A stretch of 64,000 bases of DNA from Candidatus Magasanikiibacteriota bacterium (GTDB lineage: Bacteria > Patescibacteriota > Patescibacteriia > Magasanikbacterales > GWA2-37-8): assembly GCA_023246725.1 (NCBI GenBank), contig JAHFHV010000001.1, positions 13,618 to 77,617 of the forward strand. Direction: 5' to 3'. The notes below the pieces were generated by a model. That model saw only the letters and a program-made list of their open reading frames with translations, had not been told where the DNA came from and searched no databases. Shown here piece by piece: positions 1-8,469 of this stretch; within the stretch, counting starts at the first letter, position 1; every line of letters starts with the position of its first letter. Position numbers and translations under genes: made by a program.

Positions 1-43
1 CACCATGGTTATGAATAGTTCGTAGCCATAGTGAGGACAGCCG

Positions 44-77
44 CAAAAAAACAGACTTTTAAGAAGTCTGTTTTTTT
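44..77. terminator. Bidirectional hairpin terminator (acagactt-ttaa-gaagtctgt flanked by A and T runs)
   Basis: Perfect 8-bp stem, A-run upstream, T7 downstream. Confidence 0.5.
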
Positions 78-94
78 ATGCGTTGCCATAAATA

Positions 95-215
95 CCCCTT
101 CCCTCGCCCTCCCCTTAAGAGGGGGAGGAGAATAGCGAACGAACGACGCTCGTTGTCGCGTTGGCTCCCTCCCCTGTTAGGGGAGGGACAGTGGGAGGGG
201 TATTTGGAGCCATTG
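95..215. repeat. Twin-hairpin CT/GA-rich palindromic element (family 5), same family as insert in recG at 49995-50082
   Basis: Hairpins cctcccc-ttaa-gagggggagg and ctccctcccctgttaggggagggac; sequence architecture shared with recG insert. Confidence 0.5.
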
Positions 216-253
216 CGGAATCCAGGATTATTTGTTAGGATAATCGGGATATA

Positions 254-1150
254 ATGTCTCGCGTAGCTATGCCAGAGATTGAACAATCGCCCGAAAAACA
301 AGCTGAACTCCAGATACTGAAAAAACGGGTTGAAGGAGCCTTGGCAAATCCGGAAACACATGCTAAAGCCAAAGCTGATTTTGAATATACATTTGTGCAG
401 TTGGGCCTGCCCTCTGAAGAAGCTGTCAGTTTATGCCAAGGTATTTTTACCGCCGTTTTGAGTGGTCGGCCACTGGAGCGAATTGAGCAAGACATTTTGA
501 AACAATTTGAATCAATTGTAGTTGGCGCGGGCGACAGCAAGCGTACCTTGGTGGACGTTCTGGAACATCAGCTCAATGGGCGCGCGCAAAAAATATTTTC
601 TCAAGTCGTTTTGCATTTAAAAAATTGTAAAGGAAAAATTATAGATTATGGCGCCGGTGATGGGCAGGTGACACAACTGTTGCGCGACGAAGGCGGATTA
701 GACATTGAAGGGTTTGATGTGCGGACGTATGTGAACCCGGCGGTAACCGTGCCAATTAAATTTTTTGACGGCAAACGATTGCCGGCTCCTGATGGAGCAT
801 ATGAGGCCGCTGTTCTGACGAATGTTTTGCATCACGAAAAAGATAATGAAAAAATATTGGCTGAGTTGGATAGGGTTGTGACCAAGCGTCTGGTGATTTT
901 GGAGACGGTACCGGTTGGCAAAACCGAAGAAGAAATGGAAGCGGATAAAGACCGGACATTTATGAATGATTATTTGTATAATCGTTTGTTTCACAACGCT
1001 GATGTGCCGGTACCCGGGACGTTTGAAACGCCGTCCGGCTGGATTAAGCGTTTAGCTGACCATGGATGGCGTTTGACGTATCAAGAGGATTTGCGGTTTG
1101 ATCAATCAATTATTAAAGACCGTCATTATTTATTAGTATTTGATCGTTAA
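254..1150 (+). CDS. Class I SAM-dependent methyltransferase domain protein
   Basis: Motif I IIDYGAGDGQ, post-I EGFDV, motif II AAVLTNVLHH in translation. Confidence 0.6.
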   Translation: MSRVAMPEIEQSPEKQAELQILKKRVEGALANPETHAKAKADFEYTFVQLGLPSEEAVSLCQGIFTAVLSGRPLERIEQDILKQFESIVVGAGDSKRTLVDVLEHQLNGRAQKIFSQVVLHLKNCKGKIIDYGAGDGQVTQLLRDEGGLDIEGFDVRTYVNPAVTVPIKFFDGKRLPAPDGAYEAAVLTNVLHHEKDNEKILAELDRVVTKRLVILETVPVGKTEEEMEADKDRTFMNDYLYNRLFHNADVPVPGTFETPSGWIKRLADHGWRLTYQEDLRFDQSIIKDRHYLLVFDR

Positions 1151-1155
1151 TTTGT

Positions 1156-3045
1156 ATGTCCACACAGCAACTCACCGAGCTCGCCAAACTTATTCGCTAT
1201 TATTCACTTGTCTCCACCACCGCGGCTGGCTCTGGTCATCCCACATCTTCCCTCTCGGCGGCGGACTTGATGACTGTTTTAATGTTCAACGGATTTTTTA
1301 GAACTGATTTAGATAATCACGCATATATCAATAACGACCGGCTGATTTTTTCTAAAGGCCACGCGTCGCCCTTGTTTTATTCGATTTACGCGGCGGCCGG
1401 CAAAGTGAATGAAGAAGAAATGCTGACGCTCCGCAAGTTTGGAAGTCGCTTAGAAGGGCACCCTACTATGATGTTTCCGTATACCGAAGTGCCGACCGGT
1501 TCTTTGGGACAAGGGTTGTCGGTGGGCGTTGGAATGGCTTTGAACGCTAAACTGGATAAGCTCCCGTATCGTACCTGGGTGCTTTTGGGGGATAGTGAAA
1601 TGGCCGAAGGCAGTGTGTGGGAAGCGATGGCCTGTGCTTCGCATTACAAACTTAATAATTTAGTGGCGATTTTGGATGTGAATCGGCTCGGTCAGCGGGG
1701 GGAAACGATGTACGGGCACCACACCGAAGTGTATGAAGCCAAAGCCAAGGCCTTTGGATGGGAGACGATTGTGATTGATGGGCATAATTATGAGGAAATA
1801 GCGGTGGCGTACGCGACGGCCATAAATCAAAAAAACAATAAATCAAAAAATCAAAGCGAACGGCCGACGATGATAATTGCCAAAACGTTGAAAGGCAAAG
1901 GTGTTTCGTTTATAGAAGATAAAGACGGATGGCACGGGAAGGCGTTGTCGAAAGAGGAGCTTGTATTGGCACTTAAAGAGTTGGGAGAAGTGAATAAAAC
2001 GGTTAAGGGAGAAGTTGTGAAACCGGAAGTGGTGGAAACGAAGAATGAAGAATTAAGAATGAATATCCAATATCCAATATCCAATATCCAATATCCTACC
2101 GACAAGCCGGTAGCGACGCGTAAAGCGTTTGGGAATGCGCTGCTTAATATTTATGCCGAGTTCCCCAACATGGTGGTACTTGACGCGGAAGTAAGCAATT
2201 CAACGTACACGGAATTTTTTAAGAAAGCACACCCGGAGCGATTTTTTGAGATGTACATTGCGGAGCAAAATATGGTTGGCGTGGCAACGGGGTTGGATCG
2301 TCGCGGTAAGTTGGTATTTGCCTCCACGTTTGCCGCATTTTTTGCGCGCGCGTTTGACCAAATTCGAATGAGTCAATACGCAGAGTCAAATATCAAATTT
2401 ATTCAGTCGCATGCCGGCGTATCAATAGGCGAAGATGGCGCGTCGCAGATGGCGCTGGAGGATTTGGCAATGTTTCGGTCGCTTTTAAATATCGTCGTAT
2501 TATATCCGTGTGACGCGATTTCGGAAGAAAAATTAGTTGTTGCGGCGGCTCGGCACAAGGGCAACGTGTATATTCGCAATACCAGAAAAGAAACGCCGAT
2601 TTTATATAGTCCAACTGAAGAATTTCCAATTGGCGGGAGTAAAACGGTACGTTCGAGTGATTCCGATGTGGTGACAGTGATTGGGGCCGGGGTGACGTTA
2701 TTTGAGGTACTGAAGGCGTACGATGAATTACAAAAAGAGGGGATTAATATAAGGGTGGTGGATCTTTACAGTATTAAGCCACTTGATAGTGCGATGCTCG
2801 CGAAAGCGGCGCAAGAGACGAAGGCAATTATTACCGTTGAGGATCATTATGCCGAGGGCGGATTAGGTGAGGCCACCGCGACTGCGGTCGCGGAATTAAG
2901 AATGAAGAATGAAGAATGTCGAATACTGGTGATTCGATTGGCGGTGAGGAAGATGCCCAAGAGCGGCAAACCGGAGGAGTTGTTGGCGTATGAGGAGATT
3001 GATGCGAAGGCGATTGTGAAGAAGGTTAAAGAGATAATTAAATAA
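1156..3045 (+). CDS. tkt: Transketolase, fused N- and C-terminal halves
   Basis: GHPTSSLSAADLMTVLMF (TPP-binding N-term), pyrimidine-binding and C-terminal domains; 629 aa. Confidence 0.85.
   Translation: MSTQQLTELAKLIRYYSLVSTTAAGSGHPTSSLSAADLMTVLMFNGFFRTDLDNHAYINNDRLIFSKGHASPLFYSIYAAAGKVNEEEMLTLRKFGSRLEGHPTMMFPYTEVPTGSLGQGLSVGVGMALNAKLDKLPYRTWVLLGDSEMAEGSVWEAMACASHYKLNNLVAILDVNRLGQRGETMYGHHTEVYEAKAKAFGWETIVIDGHNYEEIAVAYATAINQKNNKSKNQSERPTMIIAKTLKGKGVSFIEDKDGWHGKALSKEELVLALKELGEVNKTVKGEVVKPEVVETKNEELRMNIQYPISNIQYPTDKPVATRKAFGNALLNIYAEFPNMVVLDAEVSNSTYTEFFKKAHPERFFEMYIAEQNMVGVATGLDRRGKLVFASTFAAFFARAFDQIRMSQYAESNIKFIQSHAGVSIGEDGASQMALEDLAMFRSLLNIVVLYPCDAISEEKLVVAAARHKGNVYIRNTRKETPILYSPTEEFPIGGSKTVRSSDSDVVTVIGAGVTLFEVLKAYDELQKEGINIRVVDLYSIKPLDSAMLAKAAQETKAIITVEDHYAEGGLGEATATAVAELRMKNEECRILVIRLAVRKMPKSGKPEELLAYEEIDAKAIVKKVKEIIK
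2041..2096 (+). repeat. Heptanucleotide tandem repeat block (aagaatg/t x3 + aatatcc x5) inside tkt at N/C-domain junction
   Basis: Direct reading: 8 consecutive 7-bp units, encodes ELRMNIQYPISNIQYP. Confidence 0.8.
2899..2919 (+). repeat. Second heptanucleotide tandem repeat (aagaatg x3) inside tkt
   Basis: aagaatgaagaatgaagaatg; preceded by the same gaattaagaatgaa context as the first block. Confidence 0.7.
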
Positions 3046-3049
3046 AAAT

Positions 3050-3084
3050 TTAAAAGACGCCTCATATGAAGGCGTCTTTTAAAT
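3050..3084. terminator. Bidirectional rho-independent terminator between tkt and gyrA
   Basis: aaaagacgcctcatatgaaggcgtctttt hairpin flanked by A/T runs. Confidence 0.7.
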
Positions 3085-3099
3085 TGTGAATAGTAGTAT

Positions 3100-5565
3100 T
3101 TAGATAATAGTGACACTCGCCACTTTATCACCCTCTTCTTTAAAGCGCATCAGGCGAACACCCTGGGTGGCTCTCCCGGTGGTGTTAATTGATTTGAAAG
3201 GTAGGCGGATGACCTGGCCTTTGCCACTCATCATCATTAAGTCTTGGTTTTCCGCATTGGCGCGATTAATAACCTTGGCGTATACAATCGGGCCGGTTTT
3301 GGCGGTAACCTCGGCGGTTTTAATACCACTGCCGCCGCGGCCTTGCACTTTGTATTCATTTAGTTCGGTACATTTGCCAAGGCCATTAGCGCCCACGGTG
3401 AGGAATTCTAGGCTTTGGTTTTTGGGGTCCACAATATCCATGCCAATCACCGTGTCATCACTCCGAAGGCGCATGCCGCGTACGCCGGCAGCCGTGCGGC
3501 CCATACTGCGGACGTCTTTTTCTTTAAAGCGGATGGCCTGGCCACCTTTGGTCGCAATCATAAGTTCATCATTTCCAGTCGATGGCTTGACCCATTCTAA
3601 ATTATCATCGCCCTTAAGTTTAAGAGCGATAAGCCCACTCCGGCGAACATTAGCAAAATCGGCTAGTTCAGTTTTTTTGATGAGTCCTTTGGTTGTGACC
3701 ATCACTAAGTGTTTAATTTTTTCAAGGTTACTCATGGGCAGGAGTGCCGTAATGGTTTCGTTCGGGGCCAATTGTAAAAAGTTAACGAGGGCCTGGCCTT
3801 TGGCGGTGCGGCTGCCTTGGGGAATATCATAGGCCATGAGCTGAAATACCCGGCCGCGGCTGGTGAAAAACAAAATATTGTCGTGCGTGCTCACCGTCAG
3901 GAGTTGGTCCACGGATTCGTCTTCTTTGGTGGTAACACCAATCACGCCTTTGCCGCCGCGCGATTGCTGTTTGAAGGTGTCGGGCGGCAGGCGTTTAATG
4001 TAGCCATCGGTGGTTGTCATTACCATGGTTGGTTCGTTGGGGATCAGGTCTTCGGTAGTAAATTCTTTCACACCGTGGGCAATAATTTGGGTCTTGCGGT
4101 CATTGCCGTATTTCTCTTTGAGCGTTATGGTCTCGGTTTTTACAATGCCGAGAATCTTGCTCTCGGACGCTAAAATTGATTCCAATTCTTTAATGATGAA
4201 TTTTTTTTCTTTTAATTCATCTTCAATTTTTTGGCGCTCTAAGTTGGCTAACTGTTGCAGGCGCATTTCCAAAATCGCCGTAGTTTGCCGGTCGGTGAAT
4301 TTGAATTTTTTCATGAGTTCAACTTTGGCATCGTCTTTGTCTTTGGCCGCCCGGATGGTTTTGATAACCAAATCGATTTTATCCAGCGCCATACTTAAGC
4401 CTTCTAAAATATGGGCGCGGTCTTTATTTTTGACCAAATCAAACTCGGTGCGGCGGCGAATAACCACCTGGCGGTGCTTAATAAATTCCTCTAAAATATT
4501 TTTGATGTTGAGGACGCGCGGCTGAATGCCGTCGACCAGGGCCAGCATGTTGTAGTGGAAGGTGGTTTGAAGAGCGGTGTGGTTGTAGAGTTGGTTTAGA
4601 ATCTTTTTGGGATAAGCGTCTTTTTTCATTTCTATCACCACGCGCACACCGTCTTTATTAGATTCATCCCGAATGTCTTTAATACCTTCAATTTTTTTCT
4701 CTTGGACCAGGCCCGCAATTTTCTCAATCAGTTCCGCCTTGTTCACTTGATAAGGCATTTCGGTAACAATTATGCGGTACTGTCCATTTTTTGTTTCCTC
4801 AATTTCGGCTTTGGCGCGCATTACCACGCCGCCCCGGCCGGTCGCAAAGGCCGCCGCGATATCTTTTTTGCCATACACAATGCCGCCGGTCGGGAAATCT
4901 GGCCCCTGGATAATTTCATCCAGGTCTTCAATGGTAGTTTTGGGTTTGTCAATTAAGGCCACCACGCCGTCACAGAGTTCGCGCAGATTATGTGGGGGGA
5001 TAGACGTGGCCATACCAACCGCGATGCCGACCGTGCCGTTTAAGAGCAGATTGGGAACTTGCGTTGGTAAGACAGTTGGTTCTTGGTGTGAGCCGTCGTA
5101 GTTCGGGATGAAGTTAACGGTATCTTTGTCGATATCGGCGAGCATCTCTTCGGCCAGGGCGGTGAGGCGGGCTTCGGTGTAGCGCATGGCCGCGGCGCTG
5201 TCGCCATCCATACTGCCAAAGTTACCTTGGCCATTTACTAATTGGTGACGCATAGCAAAATCTTGGGCCATGCGAACCATGGAATCGTAAATGGCAGCGT
5301 CGCCGTGGGGGTGGTATTTGGCCATCACCTCACCCACCACGTGCGCGGATTTGCGAAAACGCGCGGTGTGGCGCAGGCCCAAATTGCCCATAGCATAGAG
5401 GATGCGGCGGTGCACGGGCTTGAGGCCGTCGCGTACATCGGGGAGCGCGCGCGAAATAATAACGCTCATGGCGTATTCCAAATATGATTGTTTCACTTCG
5501 TCCACAATCGGGGTGGGAGTAAGGCGGCCGATGTTGTTTTTAATAAGAGGAAGTTGTTCGGACAT
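3100..5565 (-). CDS. gyrA: DNA gyrase subunit A
   Basis: [28 protein letters not shown], active-site Tyr region, C-terminal beta-pinwheel repeats; 821 aa. Confidence 0.92.
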   Translation of the reverse strand: MSEQLPLIKNNIGRLTPTPIVDEVKQSYLEYAMSVIISRALPDVRDGLKPVHRRILYAMGNLGLRHTARFRKSAHVVGEVMAKYHPHGDAAIYDSMVRMAQDFAMRHQLVNGQGNFGSMDGDSAAAMRYTEARLTALAEEMLADIDKDTVNFIPNYDGSHQEPTVLPTQVPNLLLNGTVGIAVGMATSIPPHNLRELCDGVVALIDKPKTTIEDLDEIIQGPDFPTGGIVYGKKDIAAAFATGRGGVVMRAKAEIEETKNGQYRIIVTEMPYQVNKAELIEKIAGLVQEKKIEGIKDIRDESNKDGVRVVIEMKKDAYPKKILNQLYNHTALQTTFHYNMLALVDGIQPRVLNIKNILEEFIKHRQVVIRRRTEFDLVKNKDRAHILEGLSMALDKIDLVIKTIRAAKDKDDAKVELMKKFKFTDRQTTAILEMRLQQLANLERQKIEDELKEKKFIIKELESILASESKILGIVKTETITLKEKYGNDRKTQIIAHGVKEFTTEDLIPNEPTMVMTTTDGYIKRLPPDTFKQQSRGGKGVIGVTTKEDESVDQLLTVSTHDNILFFTSRGRVFQLMAYDIPQGSRTAKGQALVNFLQLAPNETITALLPMSNLEKIKHLVMVTTKGLIKKTELADFANVRRSGLIALKLKGDDNLEWVKPSTGNDELMIATKGGQAIRFKEKDVRSMGRTAAGVRGMRLRSDDTVIGMDIVDPKNQSLEFLTVGANGLGKCTELNEYKVQGRGGSGIKTAEVTAKTGPIVYAKVINRANAENQDLMMMSGKGQVIRLPFKSINTTGRATQGVRLMRFKEEGDKVASVTII

Positions 5566-5590
5566 AGGATTTATTTATGTGATTTGATTT

Positions 5591-5710
5591 GTCATTCCGA
5601 ATCCCCCGTCACAGGGGGTGAGGAATCTCTGTCCAATCGTTGTCATTCCGACCGTAGTGGAGGAATCTCGCCAACAATCGCGAGATCCCTCGGCTGCGCT
5701 CGGGATGACA
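5591..5710. repeat. MITE-like palindromic element family 1 (GTCATYCYGA...GGATGACA), 1.5 copies
   Basis: Terminal inverted repeats gtcattccga/cgggatgaca; related copies at 13178, 16076, 23146, 25217, 27229, 45026, 49713. Confidence 0.8.
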
Positions 5711-5721
5711 ATTGACAATTA

Positions 5722-6126
5722 TTATTTATTTGTAGTGGTCGCTGTACTTGTTGTGTGCTCGGCCTGTGCCGTAACTGAAGCGGCGTTTAATTTATTCATT
5801 ACATCTTTAATTTGTTCTAGGGCGGCCCCGTGGTCGGCAGCCTGTTCTTTTTGTTTGGCAAAAATATCACCCCACTCTTGTTTGGTTTTGCTCGCCAAGG
5901 CAACTTCCGGCGCTTTGTTCCACTGCAGTCCGGAAATTTGTACAGTGACTGACCATCCCCAGAGCGCGAAAATTATTACGGAAAAACTAATTACTCCAAT
6001 CCACATTAATCGGCGAGCGTGGCGTTCGCGCTCAGTTTCTTTAAAAATAGGGAGCTCTGGGGTAGCCTCTATTGGAGTCTCCGGCGCTTCTTTTTTATGG
6101 CTCATTCGTTTCTTTTTTTGAGGCAT
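5722..6126 (-). CDS. Hypothetical small membrane protein
   Basis: ORF with one predicted TM helix (MWIGVISFSVIIFALWGW); ATG at 6126 preferred over TTG at 6150, which lies in repeat. Confidence 0.45.
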   Translation of the reverse strand: MPQKKKRMSHKKEAPETPIEATPELPIFKETERERHARRLMWIGVISFSVIIFALWGWSVTVQISGLQWNKAPEVALASKTKQEWGDIFAKQKEQAADHGAALEQIKDVMNKLNAASVTAQAEHTTSTATTTNK

Positions 6127-6131
6127 ACCAC

Positions 6132-6236
6132 ACAAAATGACAAAATCCAAATGACAAATGTCAAATCAAATCCAAAATCCCAATTCTAGAATTTGATATT
6201 TGAGCTTGATTTGACGTTTGAAATTTGTCATTTGAT
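6132..6236. repeat. Inverted-repeat element family 2 (caaatgtcaaat / atttgacatttg)
   Basis: Copies at 47992, 50969, 52215 (inside radA), 57313. Confidence 0.7.
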
Positions 6237-6282
6237 ATTAAACTTTAGCTTTAATTTTTTTTACAGCACATAAAAGCTGTTT

Positions 6283-6897
6283 CTAAGTTTTTTCTAATAT
6301 AATTAGCCGTGTTTCTTCCTGCGGCAAATCTTTCTTTTTAATAATAATTTTTTTATCGGTCGTGTCCGGTTTAATTCCCAGCTCTTTAATAAAATCATTC
6401 ACGGGTTTGGCATTCGGGTCGGTGTCGCAATTGTAGGCAATGGGGATGACGATACGCGGTTCAAGGGTAGTCACAATCGCGGCGGCGTCTTCCGCGTTTA
6501 AATAATCGTTCGTGCCGCCCACCGGTACAATGAGGATATCCACGTGGCCTAATTTTTCTAAATCCTCCACGGCGGGTTTTTTAGTCAGCCTCCCTAAGTG
6601 CGCCACGGCCAAACTTTCGGCGTTGATTTTAAACATAACCGTGCCTTCGCTGGTGGGCCAGGTGGTAATCATGGCTTCTTTTAGTTCCACTTCGCCGAGC
6701 GTGGAGAGCACAAACGGACTTTGCGAGAGCGTGGCGGCATTGTCTTCGCCCTTGGAGAACAAGGCGATAGTGGGGGAGAAACTGCGCGGAAACTCTCCCT
6801 TACTAGGTTTGTAGGCGTCAATCAGGACGGTAACATCTTCATCTTGGAATTTGGTTTGGAGTTTAACGCAGGTTTGGCCGAGCCAGGATAAATGCAT
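6283..6897 (-). CDS. Metal-dependent hydrolase, metallo-beta-lactamase fold (UPF0173-like)
   Basis: HVDILIVPVGG...; start moved to MHLSWLGQTCVKL because upstream ORF part lies in repeat family 3. Confidence 0.55.
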   Translation of the reverse strand: MHLSWLGQTCVKLQTKFQDEDVTVLIDAYKPSKGEFPRSFSPTIALFSKGEDNAATLSQSPFVLSTLGEVELKEAMITTWPTSEGTVMFKINAESLAVAHLGRLTKKPAVEDLEKLGHVDILIVPVGGTNDYLNAEDAAAIVTTLEPRIVIPIAYNCDTDPNAKPVNDFIKELGIKPDTTDKKIIIKKKDLPQEETRLIILEKT

Positions 6898-6990
6898 ACA
6901 AGAGTAAAAAGTTTGTAAAGTTATAAAGTTTATAAAGGAAGACAGGACAAGTAACTTTATAAACTTTGAACTTTTCGCCTTTATAAACTC
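6898..6990. repeat. Repeat family 3 (agtttgtaaagttataaagtt...)
   Basis: Near-identical block at 17405-17466. Confidence 0.6.
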
Positions 6991-7102
6991 CAACTATTTT
7001 ACCATAATTTGCCTGGGGTGGCAAGTCCGGCAGAGAGCCTTGACCCGCCCTTATTTTTATGCTAGTCTTGGGCTAACCGGACATATCCGGAGGAGGTGAA
7101 CC

Positions 7103-7486
7103 ATGTACAAGCGAATAGTCCTTCCAGGTAAAATGGGGTCGGCGGGCGGGATCTCTGACGGGCTTTCACTCATGCTCGTGCCCTGTGGGCGGGCCTTCTG
7201 GGTCCACCACAACCTCAATGTGCTGGGATGGAACAGGGCGTGGGCGCCACCGCTCGTCCTCACGCAGAGCCAGGTGCCAGAGGAGTGGCTCGCCAAGGGC
7301 GCTTCGGTCTTGTGGGCTGACCAGGTGACACTCGACGAATGCAACTATTTCTCCAACACCCAACTCGGTGACGGCAGCTACCTCGTCCTGTTCACGCACA
7401 ACCACGGGAGCGGTTCTGATCGCGTGCACAAGATCGATCTGTTTGTCTCGCCGGGGCTCCCAGAGGTCGAACAGACCGAGCCTTGA
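7103..7486 (+). CDS. Hypothetical protein in high-GC island A
   Basis: ggaggaggtgaacc-ATG Shine-Dalgarno; region about 65% GC against about 45% backbone; no recognisable family. Confidence 0.4.
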   Translation: MYKRIVLPGKMGSAGGISDGLSLMLVPCGRAFWVHHNLNVLGWNRAWAPPLVLTQSQVPEEWLAKGASVLWADQVTLDECNYFSNTQLGDGSYLVLFTHNHGSGSDRVHKIDLFVSPGLPEVEQTEP

Positions 7487-7557
7487 TCCCGCTCTTCCAA
7501 TCGGCCAAGGAGGCAGGCATGGCCCGCGCACCGCCGTAAGGCATGCCGACGAAGAAC

Positions 7558-7625
7558 AGAACCACCTTCCGACGCATCATATATATAGTTCGCTGTATGT
7601 ATGGTGCGAGGGTGGTTTTTTGTTT
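7558..7625 (+). terminator. Long-loop hairpin + T-run element (gaaccaccttc...gagggtggtttttt) shared with 34752-34820
   Basis: Stem aaccaccYtc/gagggtggtt, about 40-nt loop, T-run; conserved acgcatc and atggtgcgagggtggtttt in both copies. Confidence 0.55.
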
Positions 7626-7703
7626 TGCCAGGATTCAGACAGATTTTGTGGATCTGCCTGCGGGCAGGGATTACACGGACTGCGACGGAAGATTGCGAAG
7701 TAT

Positions 7704-7732
7704 TGACAACGTAAAGACAGTGTAATACACTA
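7704..7732 (+). promoter_or_regulatory. Sigma70-type promoter of dinJ-yafQ (ttgaca-17-tacact) with flanking imperfect palindrome
   Basis: Exact 17-nt spacing; 16 nt upstream of ATG. Confidence 0.5.
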
Positions 7733-7748
7733 GTAATGTTACTCATAA

Positions 7749-8048
7749 GTGTTATATTCTATGTCTCATACCATCCAAGTTCGTGTTAACCCTAAAACCA
7801 AGCGCGCGGTAGGTAAGATTTTTGCGGAGCTCGGCCTGGACATGAGCACGGGGATTAAAATTTATTTTTCCCAGGTGCTTAAAACAGGCGGCGTGCCGTT
7901 TCCTTTATTAACTGAAAACGGGTTTACTCCGGAACAGGAAAACAAACTTTTGGCTATCGCGCGGCAAACCGAAGCCGACTATGCGAGCGGCAAGTTAAAA
8001 GCGTATTCATCGCTAGCAGAAATGAGAAAAGATATTTTGTCGCGCTAA
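7749..8048 (+). CDS. dinJ: Type II antitoxin, RelB/DinJ family
   Basis: VNPKTKRAVGKIFAELGLDMSTGIKIYFSQV resembles DinJ ribbon-helix-helix N-terminus; 99 aa; immediately precedes toxin. Confidence 0.7.
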   Translation: MLYSMSHTIQVRVNPKTKRAVGKIFAELGLDMSTGIKIYFSQVLKTGGVPFPLLTENGFTPEQENKLLAIARQTEADYASGKLKAYSSLAEMRKDILSR

Positions 8049-8051
8049 GGT

Positions 8052-8336
8052 ATGAGATTAATTATCTTGCCGTCAAAACAATTCAAACGCCAATACAGAC
8101 GCCTGCAAGTTTCCGGAAATGTTAGATTGATACATAAGCTTGATGCGATGATTGAGGCGCTGGCTTGTGGCGAGAAGCTCCCGGAAAGCGCCCGAAGCCA
8201 CAAACTTTTGGGCAATCTCAATAAATATGTAGAATGTCATGTTGAGCCGGACTGGTTATTGATTTATCAAGTTTACGAAGAAAATCTCATACTGGAACTT
8301 TTTGCCACCGGCACACACGCTACCCTGTTTGGATAG
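8052..8336 (+). CDS. yafQ: Type II toxin mRNA interferase, YafQ/RelE family
   Basis: C-terminus HVEPDWLLIYQV...ATGTHATLFG matches YafQ signature (HVEPDWILIYK...RTGTHAALFG). Confidence 0.75.
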   Translation: MRLIILPSKQFKRQYRRLQVSGNVRLIHKLDAMIEALACGEKLPESARSHKLLGNLNKYVECHVEPDWLLIYQVYEENLILELFATGTHATLFG

Positions 8337-8343
8337 GAGGGGT

Positions 8344-8372
8344 GTTGACATTTTCCACCTGTTAAGGTATAC
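8344..8372 (+). promoter_or_regulatory. Consensus promoter ttgaca-17-tatact upstream of rpsA
   Basis: Read directly. Confidence 0.55.
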
Positions 8373-8469
8373 TATCGGCACAATCAATTTTTCAAGCTTT
8401 TCCGCATTTAAGAGAAAAGCCCTCGTCGCCTTTTACGGCCTACGGGTTAAAGAAAAATTTTTGTTTTTT

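Noticed and set aside
254-540. Minus-strand ORFs 59..361 and 235..540
   Set aside because: Overlap the family-5 repeat and the 5' part of the better-supported + strand methyltransferase ORF; composition repeat-driven.
3110-5500. Multiple + strand ORFs (61-240 aa) antisense to gyrA
   Set aside because: Entirely inside a confidently identified gyrA CDS; no independent signals.
8302-8469. Upstream extension of rpsA ORF starting at 8302 and overlapping yafQ
   Set aside because: The extension overlaps the yafQ C-terminus and a consensus promoter (8344-8372); a proper ATG at 8470 gives a canonical S1 N-terminus.
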